Assembly: GCA_965116885.1 (NCBI GenBank)
Contig: OZ220741.1
Span: 576,001-640,000 of the forward strand
DNA from: Candidatus Latescibacterota bacterium
GTDB lineage: Bacteria; Latescibacterota; UBA2968
Direction of reading: 5' to 3'
Length of the DNA stretch: 64,000 nucleotides
The translations under genes were made by a program, and so were the position numbers. The notes under the pieces were generated by a model. It did not search any database. It worked only from the letters and a program-made list of their open reading frames with translations, and was not told the DNA's origin. How positions within the stretch are numbered: the first letter of the stretch is position 1; every line of letters starts with the position of its first letter. Shown one piece after another: positions 9,618 to 19,769 of this stretch.

Positions 9618-11021
9618 ATGAGCGAAAGACCCAATATTCTATTCATCATGACCGATGACCATGCATCGCATGCCATGAGTTGTTATAACAGTCGGATTAA
9701 CGAAACGCCCAACCTGGACCGCATCGCAGAAGGTGGCATGCGCTTTAACAACTGCTTTTGCACCAACTCGATCTGCGCGCCGAGCCGGGCGGTAATCTTA
9801 ACCGGCACGTACAATCACATCAACGGCGTAACCACATTGCGCACGAACCTGGACGGGCGACAGGTCACATTTCCCAAACTCCTGCAAGCAGCGGGATACC
9901 AGACTGCAATGGTGGGAAAATGGCATCTCGGGCACGGCGGACACAACGACCCCACCGGATTTGACTACTGGAACGTACTCCCCGGCCAAGGCGCGTATCA
10001 CAACCCCATGATGTACGACATGGGCAAAGAAGTACATTACGAGGGATACACCACAGACATCATAACCGACCTCGCACTGGACTGGCTAAAAGACCGCGAC
10101 AAAAACAAACCCTTCATGCTCATGTATCACCACAAAGCACCCCATCGCCCCTGGGAGCCAGACGACAAACACGCGGACATGTACGAAGACATCGACATCC
10201 CCGAACCCGAAACCCTGTGGGACGACTACAGCAACCGCGCCACAGCGGCATCTCAGGCCGAAATGCGCGTCAACCGCGACCTGAACCCCCGCGACCTGAA
10301 ACAACCCGTCCCCGAAGGTTTAAGTCCCGAAGAAGACATGAGATGGAAATACCAGCGCTACATCAAAGACTACCTGCGCTGTGTGGCATCCGTTGATGAC
10401 AATGTCGGCCGCGTACTGGACTACCTGGACGAAGAAGGACTGACCAACAACACCATCGTCGTCTATACATCGGACCAGGGCTTTTACCTCGGCGACCACG
10501 GCTGGTACGACAAACGCTTTATGTACGAAGAATCCCTCCGCATGCCATTCCTCATTCGGTACCCCAAAGAAATCAAAGCGGGAAGTGTCTGCGACGACAT
10601 GATCCTCAACGTGGATTTCGCATCCACATTCCTGGACTACGCCGGCATAAACATCCCCAGCCATTTTCAGGGACACAGCATGCGCCCCCTGTTAAACGGG
10701 GACCGCCCCGCCTACTGGCGCACCTCAATGTATTACCGCTATTGGATGCACCTGAACGGACACAATATCTACGCGCACTACGGCGTCAGAACGCATCGGC
10801 ACAAACTCATCTACTACTACGCCGACGGATGTGGGCAAGAAGGCGCCTCGGACGACGCCCGAGAACCAGAATGGGAATTATTTGACCTGGACAAAGACCC
10901 GTATGAACTGAACAGCGTCTATCACAACCCGGAATACGCAGAAATAGTCGCCGAACTAAAAGACGAACTCCACCGCTTGCAGGACGAAGTGGGAGATGAG
11001 CGATACGAAAAAGACGTATAA
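9618..11021 (+). CDS. sulfatase (S1 family, Cys-type)
   Basis: [23 protein letters not shown]. Confidence 0.95.
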   Translation: MSERPNILFIMTDDHASHAMSCYNSRINETPNLDRIAEGGMRFNNCFCTNSICAPSRAVILTGTYNHINGVTTLRTNLDGRQVTFPKLLQAAGYQTAMVGKWHLGHGGHNDPTGFDYWNVLPGQGAYHNPMMYDMGKEVHYEGYTTDIITDLALDWLKDRDKNKPFMLMYHHKAPHRPWEPDDKHADMYEDIDIPEPETLWDDYSNRATAASQAEMRVNRDLNPRDLKQPVPEGLSPEEDMRWKYQRYIKDYLRCVASVDDNVGRVLDYLDEEGLTNNTIVVYTSDQGFYLGDHGWYDKRFMYEESLRMPFLIRYPKEIKAGSVCDDMILNVDFASTFLDYAGINIPSHFQGHSMRPLLNGDRPAYWRTSMYYRYWMHLNGHNIYAHYGVRTHRHKLIYYYADGCGQEGASDDAREPEWELFDLDKDPYELNSVYHNPEYAEIVAELKDELHRLQDEVGDERYEKDV

Positions 11022-11033
11022 GAGGAGCGATTA

Positions 11034-12380
11034 ATGCCCAATGTCGTATTCATGATGACCGACAACCAGGGGGCCTGGACCCTGGGCTGTTATGGCAACC
11101 CGGACATCCGAACCCCCAACATCGACAGACTTGCAAACGAGGGAATTCGGTTCTCAAACGCCTATTGCGTAAACTCGGTTTGCTCGCCCAGCCGCGCCAC
11201 ATTCATGACCGGACTGATCCCCTCTCAGCACGGCGTACACTGCTACCTCGGCGGAGAAAAACCAGATGCACAAATGGGACCAGACGCGTACTGCACCATT
11301 CGGGAATTTGCAAACCTCCCCCGCGTCATGGCAGACGCGGGCTATGTATGCGGACTGAGCGGAAAATGGCACCTGGGAGACAGCCTGCGGCCCCAGGAAG
11401 GATTTTCATACTGGTTTACCCGACCAAAGGGACACACCACGACATTTTACGACGACGAATGGATCTGGCAGAACCGGGTTTACACAGAACCGCGATACAC
11501 AACCGAAGCCATAACAGAACACGCCCTCGAATTCCTGCGGCAAAACCACCATCAGCCATTTTTTCTCTACGTAGCGTACAACGGTCCCTATGGCCTGGGC
11601 CAGAGCATGCTGGAAACACATCTCAACCAACATACCGAATATTACGCAGACAAAGAACTGCCGAGCTTCCCCAGAGAACCAGTACATCCCTGGCTACGCA
11701 GCAATCGGGACATGATCAACAACCCGGTGAGCATTCGCGGATATGCCGCAGCGGTCAGCGGCGTAGATGACGGGATAGGCGAAATAACAAACGCCTTAAA
11801 AGAATACGACCTGGAAGAAGACACCCTGGTAATTTTCACAGCAGATCAGGGCTGGTGCGGAGGGCATCACGGAATGTGGGGCATGGGAGACCACGCCCGA
11901 CCCCTGCATACTTATGAAGAAACCATCCATATCCCGCTGATATTCCGCCAGCCCGGGCAGATACCGTCGGGCAGGGTATTTGAAGGGCGAACATGCAACT
12001 ACGATTTCTTCCCCTCCGTACTGGACCATCTGGAATTGCGGGAACGAATCGCCGACAACCCCAATCTCCCAGGCACAAGTTATGCCCCGGCACTTATAGG
12101 AGAGGAAATGGCATGGAACAATGAGATATTCCACGAATTTGAAAACACGCGCCTGGTGCGAAATGACCGCTGGAAATACACCTGGCGTCATCCAGATGGC
12201 CCGGATGAGCTATACGACATGCAGGCAGATCCCGGAGAACGCAACAACCTGACGAACCGCTCCCACGCAACAGTCATCAACGAATGTCGCAACCGCATCC
12301 AGAACTTCTTTAACCAGTACGCAGACCCTCAGTACGACCTGTGGCGCGGCGGGCACTCCAAAGCGGGGCGAATCGGATAA
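11034..12380 (+). CDS. sulfatase (S1 family, Cys-type)
   Basis: PNVVFMMTDN, CSPSR, GKWH, ADQG. Confidence 0.93.
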   Translation: MPNVVFMMTDNQGAWTLGCYGNPDIRTPNIDRLANEGIRFSNAYCVNSVCSPSRATFMTGLIPSQHGVHCYLGGEKPDAQMGPDAYCTIREFANLPRVMADAGYVCGLSGKWHLGDSLRPQEGFSYWFTRPKGHTTTFYDDEWIWQNRVYTEPRYTTEAITEHALEFLRQNHHQPFFLYVAYNGPYGLGQSMLETHLNQHTEYYADKELPSFPREPVHPWLRSNRDMINNPVSIRGYAAAVSGVDDGIGEITNALKEYDLEEDTLVIFTADQGWCGGHHGMWGMGDHARPLHTYEETIHIPLIFRQPGQIPSGRVFEGRTCNYDFFPSVLDHLELRERIADNPNLPGTSYAPALIGEEMAWNNEIFHEFENTRLVRNDRWKYTWRHPDGPDELYDMQADPGERNNLTNRSHATVINECRNRIQNFFNQYADPQYDLWRGGHSKAGRIG

Positions 12381-12444
12381 CGGGACCTCATCCCGGTTAA
12401 ATGAGATCTGGTCAGCACCCAGGGTCCAAAGGGTAAAGCACCAC

Positions 12445-12477
12445 AAAAAAAGACACCGATATATGGTGTCTTTTTTT
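12445..12477. terminator. bidirectional intrinsic terminator
   Basis: A7-GACACC-gatatat-GGTGTC-T7 between convergent genes. Confidence 0.85.
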
Positions 12478-12496
12478 CTATCAACCGTAAAACGCC

Positions 12497-15400
12497 TTAG
12501 TCGGCCGCCTGCGCGTCCATTCCTCCAGTGGGTCGTGCTCGGGGGAAAGCCACCACCGCGACCTGTCGCAATATCCCCCTCAGATCGTCCAGAAAGGTGT
12601 AGAAAAGCGGTACCACAAACAGAGTGAGAAGCGTAGAACAGAGCAGCCCGCCCATCATGGTGCGACCCAGAGGCGCGTAAGGTGTCCCCAGCATAGAACT
12701 GTTCCCCAGTGCCATGGGCATCAAACCAAACACCGTGGTAAACGTCGTCATCAAAATCGGCCGGAACCGATTAAACCCGGCCTCCAGAATGGCCTCGTCA
12801 CGTGCCATCCCCTCCGCGCGAAGTCGATTAATCATATCCACCAGTACAATGGCATTGTTCACCACGACCCCAATCAATACAATAAGTCCCACCTGCGCCA
12901 TGGGATTCATCGCTGTATCCCACAAGTAGAGCGTCCAATAGACCCCCAGAAAGGAAAACGGGACAGCCAGTAATACAGAAAAGGGCAGGACAATGGATTC
13001 GAAGAGCACCCCCATGAGCAAAAATACGAAGATGATGGCCAGAAAGATTGCAAAATTCATCATGTCATTTTCTTCTCGATACCGCTGTCCCTCCGTACCC
13101 CGATCCCAGCTATACCCATAGGGAAGCGACATGCCGTCCATCACCCGATCAATATCTGTGAAGAGCGTCTTTAGATCATCCTCCATGGTAAAACACTTCA
13201 GCCTAATTCGCATCTTTCCGTCAATCCGCCGAATGGTTCCTGGCCCTTCGGTCACCTTGAATGAAGCAAAGGCGGACAGGGGAATACTCTGCCCGTCCCT
13301 GGAGGTAAACATATAATTTTTCAACTGCGCCACCTGCTGTCGGTCCGCCTCTCGCAACCGAAGCCGAACTTCCACTTCCCGGTCGTCCGACTTGTAACGC
13401 GGCAGAAAGGTCCCCCGAAGTTGAAATCCGATACTCTGCCCTACTTCCTGCGCATTAATCCCGTATTTTTTAGCCCGATCCCGATCGATCACGACCTGCA
13501 CCTCCGGTTCGGCCCGCTCCAGATCGTTTTCGATGTTCACAATCTCAGGGATGGTCTGTAGCCGACGTTCCGCCTCCTCCACCAGGGGGATCAGCCCCTC
13601 CTGATCTTCACCGTAGAGAAACACCTTGATATTGGCATCGGTGTTCACCGCCTGTGAATTGTTGGTATTCACAGACCTTCGGACGCCCACATGCTTGGGG
13701 AAGTTCTCCTTCATATCATTGATCACGTCCTTTTTGCTCATGCGCTGGTCCAGAGGAAAGCCAATTTTCGCCCTCGCATCTCGATAGACTGTGTACCACC
13801 ATTCCTCGGCGTCCTGATGATGGAGAAAAGCCTGGATACGCAGACCCGTTTTCCAGTAACTCAGCCGGATCGTTCGAACCCCATAGAGTTCCCGTCTGGC
13901 TTCAAAATAGGCCTCGTATTCGGCCCCCAGCTTGCTGATATCCTCAAAGGTGAAAAAAGGCGGCGGATAGGCCCGAACATAGACCTCGTTGAGGTTAAAT
14001 CCGCCCGCGTTGGCCATCTTCACCTTTTCCAGCGGATAAAGCATGGTGGCCATCATCCCCACCACAATCAAGGTCGTATCTCGCCGGTGTGTCACGGTCC
14101 AGGATAACATGCGGTGATAAGTGTCTCGCATCCAGCGAATCACCCCCAGATCTGCCTTAATATCGCACCCGCCAAATCGCTTGGCCGCAAGTGGGATAAA
14201 CAACAGGGCGACAAACAAAGACCCGACAAGAGCCACCACCACAGGCATTCCGATGCGGGCGAGTTGGAAGGTGAGGTTCCTGCTTCCACCCATTAAGATC
14301 AGGGGCAAAAACACGACCACGGTGGTTAAGGTGGCCATTGTAATGGCCAACCCCACCTCGCTGGCACCACCAATAGACGCTTCGTGGGGCGCGTCACCCT
14401 TTGCCCGCCTCCGGTAGATATTTTCAACAATCACAATCGCATTATCGACCACCATCCCCACCCCCACCATCAGCCCCATCATCGTGAAGAGATTGAGCGT
14501 CCATCCCACAAAATACAACGCCGTCGTCGTGATCATCAAACAAAGCGGAATAGCCAGCGTGATCAACGCAGTCATGCGCATAGACCGAAGGAATAACAGC
14601 AGCACCAGGGCGGCGAAAAACCCACCCCAGAGGCCGGTGTTCCGCAGATTGCGGATCGACTCTCCGACCACCTTGCCCTGGTTAAAAAAAGCGTCAAATT
14701 CGATATCCGTTCTGCCCTCGATCTGGTCTAAAGCGGCCTGTACCCGGTTGCACACATCCACCAAATTTTCGCCGGGTTCCCGAAACACGCCAAGATTGAT
14801 AGCGGGCTTGCCGTCGATGCGCTGATACCACTGCCGATCGGGCACATCGTAAGCCACTCGGGCCACATCTTTTAAGCGAACTTCGCTGTCCTGGGTCGGG
14901 ATCAGGATATTTTCTATCTCCGACAGGCTGTGGTATTTCGCCATGGAGCGGACGAAAAATTTCTTGCCACCTTCCTGGACATAGCCTCCCGTGAGCGCGA
15001 AATTGTCTGATCGCAGCCCCATCACCAGTTGGAAGGGCTGCACCCCTCGCGTCACCATCTTTTCCACATCGATCTCCACCAGTACCTCGTTGCGATTCAC
15101 CCCCCACAACTGAACCTGAGCTACCCCTTTCAGTCGCTCCAGGGGCCTTTTGATGTGGAGATCGGAAAAATAATACGGATCTTCTATCCCATCGGGCAGT
15201 GCCACCCCCACCCACATCACCTCCATGTCGGTATCTGGATTCCACTTCCACACAAAGGTGTGATCCCGCACCTCCTCGGGCAGGTCGATCTTGGCCCGAT
15301 CCAGGCGATCCACCAGTTGATTATAAGCCAGTTGCATATTTGCATCTTCCCGCAGCCAGACCCCCATCCACAGGCCCCACTGAGAACTTGCGAAACTTTC

Positions 15401-15658
15401 AAAGCCTCTGACCCCCTTCACCGTGCGGATGTGCTCCTCAACGGGCCTCCGAATTTGCCGGTCAATCTCCTGGGGCGCCAGGCCCGGAAAATCTACCCCG
15501 ACCCAGAGCCATCGGTTTTCCCAGCCACTGGGGAAGGCCTGTGCCTGAAGTCGAACATAAGACACCAGACCCACCACCAGCAACGCCACAAGCGTCACCG
15601 TGACCATCACCGGACGCGTGACCGAGATGCGCGGCAGAAAAGAGGAATGGGTTTTCAA
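12497..15658 (-). CDS. RND efflux transporter permease subunit (AcrB/AcrD/AcrF family)
   Basis: 1053 aa; GMVVDNAIVIVENI, GVVVNNAIVLVD, RFRPILMTT. Confidence 0.93.
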   Translation of the reverse strand: MKTHSSFLPRISVTRPVMVTVTLVALLVVGLVSYVRLQAQAFPSGWENRWLWVGVDFPGLAPQEIDRQIRRPVEEHIRTVKGVRGFESFASSQWGLWMGVWLREDANMQLAYNQLVDRLDRAKIDLPEEVRDHTFVWKWNPDTDMEVMWVGVALPDGIEDPYYFSDLHIKRPLERLKGVAQVQLWGVNRNEVLVEIDVEKMVTRGVQPFQLVMGLRSDNFALTGGYVQEGGKKFFVRSMAKYHSLSEIENILIPTQDSEVRLKDVARVAYDVPDRQWYQRIDGKPAINLGVFREPGENLVDVCNRVQAALDQIEGRTDIEFDAFFNQGKVVGESIRNLRNTGLWGGFFAALVLLLFLRSMRMTALITLAIPLCLMITTTALYFVGWTLNLFTMMGLMVGVGMVVDNAIVIVENIYRRRAKGDAPHEASIGGASEVGLAITMATLTTVVVFLPLILMGGSRNLTFQLARIGMPVVVALVGSLFVALLFIPLAAKRFGGCDIKADLGVIRWMRDTYHRMLSWTVTHRRDTTLIVVGMMATMLYPLEKVKMANAGGFNLNEVYVRAYPPPFFTFEDISKLGAEYEAYFEARRELYGVRTIRLSYWKTGLRIQAFLHHQDAEEWWYTVYRDARAKIGFPLDQRMSKKDVINDMKENFPKHVGVRRSVNTNNSQAVNTDANIKVFLYGEDQEGLIPLVEEAERRLQTIPEIVNIENDLERAEPEVQVVIDRDRAKKYGINAQEVGQSIGFQLRGTFLPRYKSDDREVEVRLRLREADRQQVAQLKNYMFTSRDGQSIPLSAFASFKVTEGPGTIRRIDGKMRIRLKCFTMEDDLKTLFTDIDRVMDGMSLPYGYSWDRGTEGQRYREENDMMNFAIFLAIIFVFLLMGVLFESIVLPFSVLLAVPFSFLGVYWTLYLWDTAMNPMAQVGLIVLIGVVVNNAIVLVDMINRLRAEGMARDEAILEAGFNRFRPILMTTFTTVFGLMPMALGNSSMLGTPYAPLGRTMMGGLLCSTLLTLFVVPLFYTFLDDLRGILRQVAVVAFPRARPTGGMDAQAAD

Positions 15659-15888
15659 GGCATTTCTCCTTAGTCCAGGGCCTGGTTTTCTGACCTATCT
15701 ATTCATCCGACAAAGTAATACATCCAAAAGTTTCGCAATCATGCCATTTACATCAGCTTTCTGGATGCATCCTACTTCAATAAGGAGAAAAAAGAAAAAC
15801 CCATTATTAAATGGGTTGTGTAAAATACCTCTGATATGGATAGGCCAGACCAATGGGTCTGCCCTTTTTGATGGGCGCAGGCGCCCCT

Positions 15889-17058
15889 TTACGCCTCCCA
15901 AATCAGCGCCAGCGCGCCCGTATAGCTATGCACAAAATTGCGCCCGCCCACAGGAGCCAACTCTGAATTGCCAAAAAAGCCAGCCATCGGAAAAGCGCCC
16001 AGATGTTTTCGAATCACCAGAACATCGTGATCGGGCTGTCCGTAAAGCCCAAATCCGCGTCCCATACAGTTAAAATACAAACCACATGTATTGGACGGGC
16101 GCCCGACAGACTGCCGCAACTCCTGCATCACCTTCACCATATCTTCATGCCCTGCCTGGGGCGTGCGCCGATTAAATTGAATGGTCTGTCCCACAGACAC
16201 CTGTTCATTAACCGCAATCGCGCCCGACTGCTCGTCGATATGCGTCAAACTGCGAATTAAAAAATCGCCTCGCCCCCGTTCAATTGCGTATTCATCCATC
16301 GCCAGACCCACGAAAATATTGTAGCGCAAATCGGCCTTTTCCTCTGCCGAAAGCGTATTGAGCGCCTCCTTCAGCGCATCCACAGCCGGAACAAATGCAA
16401 TCTGCTGAATTACATTGCCCTCGGCTCTGGTAATCGCATAAGCCTGTCCAAACGGTTGGCAACCTTGTGCCACCCCCGTAGCCACCTTTACCCCGGACAG
16501 CAACGCCCCCACCACGCCGTGTTCACCAATCCACCGTCCACACCATTGCAATGTCTGCGGCGACGCCGATCCCCACGGATTGCCCGATGCGACGCCCCCC
16601 ACAATGGGCACATCGCCAGCCATCTCGGCAATCTGTTCCAGACAAATCGCCGGATTGGAGTAAATCCCACACATAAGCACCAGCAACGCATCCTCTGTTC
16701 CCTGGGCTGCCACGCGCTCGCCAATCATAACCCCGGCATCGGCACCCTCTGCCACAAGAGGTGTCACCTCGAGATGATCTCCGCCCAAAACCAGCACCGC
16801 CACCCCAGGCTCGCGATCATTTTCTCGGGCATCTGTCAAAACCCCCATGCCACTACATCCAAACACAGCCTCTGTCTCCACCCGATCAATAACAACATCC
16901 ACCATAGCAGCCGCATCGCCCATGTGGTGATAGGTCAAAAAAAGAAACGCAGCATCAATCGCAACATCGCCCAGCCCCTTCATAGCTTCTGACAAAGCGG
17001 CCTCAACAGCGTACATGCCCTCGGCTTCATTTGAATGTCCAGCCCCGGATCGCAACAT
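15889..17058 (-). CDS. FIST_N/FIST_C sensory domain protein
   Basis: GCSGMGV, GGVAS, VAQGCQPFG, YFNCMGRG, GFFGNSEL, HSYT. Confidence 0.88.
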   Translation of the reverse strand: MLRSGAGHSNEAEGMYAVEAALSEAMKGLGDVAIDAAFLFLTYHHMGDAAAMVDVVIDRVETEAVFGCSGMGVLTDARENDREPGVAVLVLGGDHLEVTPLVAEGADAGVMIGERVAAQGTEDALLVLMCGIYSNPAICLEQIAEMAGDVPIVGGVASGNPWGSASPQTLQWCGRWIGEHGVVGALLSGVKVATGVAQGCQPFGQAYAITRAEGNVIQQIAFVPAVDALKEALNTLSAEEKADLRYNIFVGLAMDEYAIERGRGDFLIRSLTHIDEQSGAIAVNEQVSVGQTIQFNRRTPQAGHEDMVKVMQELRQSVGRPSNTCGLYFNCMGRGFGLYGQPDHDVLVIRKHLGAFPMAGFFGNSELAPVGGRNFVHSYTGALALIWEA

Positions 17059-17077
17059 ATCTTCTCCATAAGAAGCG

Positions 17078-17189
17078 CGAATAGACGAATAGACGAACCC
17101 CGCCCCACCACCTAACGGGCGGGCACAGGGGCACCGCCCCTACATTGATGAACTGGCCTGACACCAGTTGTACCCCGTTCCGCTGATTC
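17078..17189 (+). repeat. composite REP-like repeat family A, copy 1
   Basis: (GAATAGAC)n + GGGCGGGCACAGGGGCACCGCCCCTAC + ATTGATGAAC..CCAGTTGTACCCCG; also at 30301 and 55411. Confidence 0.85.
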
Positions 17190-17378
17190 TCAATATAGAG
17201 GCAAAAAACCGCAGATCAAACAATTTCCGAACCGACCTTTTTTAGCAAACGTATTGGATTTGCTCTCCTTGCTTTATTATTAGAACAATACTTGCCACAC
17301 CCATGTAAATACCTTATATTAAATTGCTCTAAAATTATAGCTCTAAACCCCTCTAAAATCACCCCAAGAGCCTTCCCA

Positions 17379-17846
17379 ATGAATCTGAATTACAGCCTCC
17401 ACAACGACACAGTAAAACACGTTGATCTCTCCTTTTACGTCGAAGTACAAAAAGACAATTCCGTTGATCAGGTCATCACCAAAATGCAGACCAGCCAGCG
17501 CAAATGCGCGCTGGTCATGGACCAGGGCAAACTAATCGGCATCTTTACAGCACACGATATTGCCCGCCGCGTAATCGACCAATCCAAAGTACTCAACGAG
17601 CCTATAGAAGCGATCATGACCCCCGATCCACTCACTCTGCAATCGGATACCACACTGATCGAAGCCATCCGATTTATGAGCGACAAGCCCCACCGCTACA
17701 TGCCCGTTGTAGATGCAGAAGGGCGCGTATTGGGCACACTGACACACTATGCCATCATCAAATACATGAGCGATCACTTCCCAGAAGAAATCTACAACTT
17801 ACCGCCAACCCCCGACCATTTTGCCAGCGCTCGGGCTGGTGCCTAA
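17379..17846 (+). CDS. stand-alone CBS-pair protein
   Basis: LIGIFTAHDI, IMTPDPLTL, RYMPVVD..GRVLG; start taken at ATG 17379. Confidence 0.85.
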   Translation: MNLNYSLHNDTVKHVDLSFYVEVQKDNSVDQVITKMQTSQRKCALVMDQGKLIGIFTAHDIARRVIDQSKVLNEPIEAIMTPDPLTLQSDTTLIEAIRFMSDKPHRYMPVVDAEGRVLGTLTHYAIIKYMSDHFPEEIYNLPPTPDHFASARAGA

Positions 17847-17864
17847 AATACTTCAGGAGGATTT

Positions 17865-19757
17865 ATGGCCGAAATAGACATCGAAGAAACGGCCGAATCG
17901 GCGCTTTTTGAACTGTCCGAAATCGAATCGATTGCCATTCGCTTTGCAGGTGATTCCGGCGACGGCAGTCAGCTCATCGGCAACGAATTTGCCAACACCT
18001 CGGCAATCGTCGGCAATGACATCAGTACCCTGCCGGACTTCCCCGCTGAAATCCGCGCACCTGCCGGCACATTGCCCGGCGTTAGCGGGTTTCAAATCCA
18101 CATATCCAGCGAAGAAATATATACGCCCGGCGATGAACCCCAGGTCCTCGTGGCGATGAACCCGGCAGCACTCAAAGCCAATATCAACGACCTTCCAAAC
18201 GGCGGCATCGTCATTGCCAACACAGACAACTTCACGCGCAACAACCTGCGCAAAGCCGGATACGACGGCGATCCCCTCGAAGGCAATGAACTCTCCAATT
18301 ACCGCGTAGTCAAAGTTCCCCTCACCACGCTGCACAAAGAAGCTGTCGCACACGTTGAGGGCCTGAGCAATCGCCAGATTGACATGATGAAAAACTTCTT
18401 CGCACTGGGCCTGTCCTACTGGATATTTGACCGCCCGATCGAGCCGACCATTCGCATGCTCGAAAAGAAATTTCAGGGCAAAGACGAAATCATCGACGGC
18501 AATGTGAGCACCCTGAAAGCCGGCTACAACTTTGGTGAAACAGTCGAAGAATTTCAGGTTCAGTACCAGGTTAAAAAAGCCGTCGTCGCACCGGGCACTT
18601 ATCGCGCTGTCACGGGTACACAAGCCACGGCAATAGGCATGGTCACCGCCGCTCACAAAGCGGGCAAAACCCTCTTTTACGGCAGCTATCCCATCACGCC
18701 GGCCAGCGCAGTACTCGAGGAATTGGCCGCATTGAAAAATTTTGACGTGCGAACCTTCCAGGCAGAAGATGAAATTTCCGCACTGGGCTCGGGTATTGGT
18801 GCTGCTTTTGGAGGCGCATTTGCCGCCACGGGCACCAGCGGCCCCGGCATCGCACTGAAAAGCGAAGCCATGAACCTCGCCCTGATGATGGAATTGCCCC
18901 TCGTCATCTGCGACTTTCAGCGCGGCGGTCCCAGCACGGGTATGCCCACCAAAACAGAGCAATCGGACCTGCTCCAATGCATGTTTGGTCGCAATGGCGA
19001 CAGCCCCATCCCCATTGTCTCACCGGCCACGCCCTCAGACTGCTTTGACATGATCATCGAAGCGTTTCGCATCGCCGTTGAAACCATGAGCCCGGTCATT
19101 TTCCTCTCCGATGGATACCTCAACACCAGCGCTGAACCGTGGAAAATTCCCGATCCGGATGATATTCCGACCATTTCAGTCGAGCACAGAACCGATCCCG
19201 AGGGCTTCTTGCCCTATCTGCGAGATCCAAAAACGCTATCTCGTCCCTGGGTACTGCCGGGCACGCCGGGCCTTGAACACAGATTGGGTGGACTGGGCAA
19301 AGAAGACGGCACAGGCAATGTATCCTACGACCCGGATGACAACCAGCACATGGCCAACATACGCGCCGAACGCCTGGCACGCATCGCCGACCGCATTCCA
19401 CTCCAGCACGTCATGGGTCCCAAATCGGGCGATTTGCTCGTCCTGGGCTGGGGATGTACTTATGGCTCAATCCGCTCAGCAGTGCGTAGAATGCGACAGC
19501 AAGGCTATTCGGTAGCCGCGGCGCATCTGCGCTACCTCAACCCATTCCCCAAAAACCTGGGCGCGATATTATCGAGTTACAAAACCGTACTCGTTCCCGA
19601 ACTCAACATGGGACAGTTGTCTTTGCTGCTTCAGGCCAAATATCCCTCACAGGTCATCGTTCCCTTCAATAAAGTTCAGGGATTGCCCTTCAAAATTACA
19701 GAAATCTCCGGCAAAATTGCCGAAATACTGGGTGCTCCAAAGAGCGCATCGTTATAG
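17865..19757 (+). CDS. korA: 2-oxoacid:ferredoxin oxidoreductase alpha subunit
   Basis: IRFAGDSGDG, YPITPAS, QAEDEI, TSGPG, QRGGPSTGMPTKTEQSD. Confidence 0.93.
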   Translation: MAEIDIEETAESALFELSEIESIAIRFAGDSGDGSQLIGNEFANTSAIVGNDISTLPDFPAEIRAPAGTLPGVSGFQIHISSEEIYTPGDEPQVLVAMNPAALKANINDLPNGGIVIANTDNFTRNNLRKAGYDGDPLEGNELSNYRVVKVPLTTLHKEAVAHVEGLSNRQIDMMKNFFALGLSYWIFDRPIEPTIRMLEKKFQGKDEIIDGNVSTLKAGYNFGETVEEFQVQYQVKKAVVAPGTYRAVTGTQATAIGMVTAAHKAGKTLFYGSYPITPASAVLEELAALKNFDVRTFQAEDEISALGSGIGAAFGGAFAATGTSGPGIALKSEAMNLALMMELPLVICDFQRGGPSTGMPTKTEQSDLLQCMFGRNGDSPIPIVSPATPSDCFDMIIEAFRIAVETMSPVIFLSDGYLNTSAEPWKIPDPDDIPTISVEHRTDPEGFLPYLRDPKTLSRPWVLPGTPGLEHRLGGLGKEDGTGNVSYDPDDNQHMANIRAERLARIADRIPLQHVMGPKSGDLLVLGWGCTYGSIRSAVRRMRQQGYSVAAAHLRYLNPFPKNLGAILSSYKTVLVPELNMGQLSLLLQAKYPSQVIVPFNKVQGLPFKITEISGKIAEILGAPKSASL

Positions 19758-19769
19758 AGGAATCCAAAC

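Noticed and set aside
17853..18977. Long antisense or alternative-frame ORFs (e.g. 17853-18977, 57761-58768, 60222-61250, 55921-56970)
   Set aside because: They shadow well-supported genes, have no recognisable motifs and are expected from the codon bias
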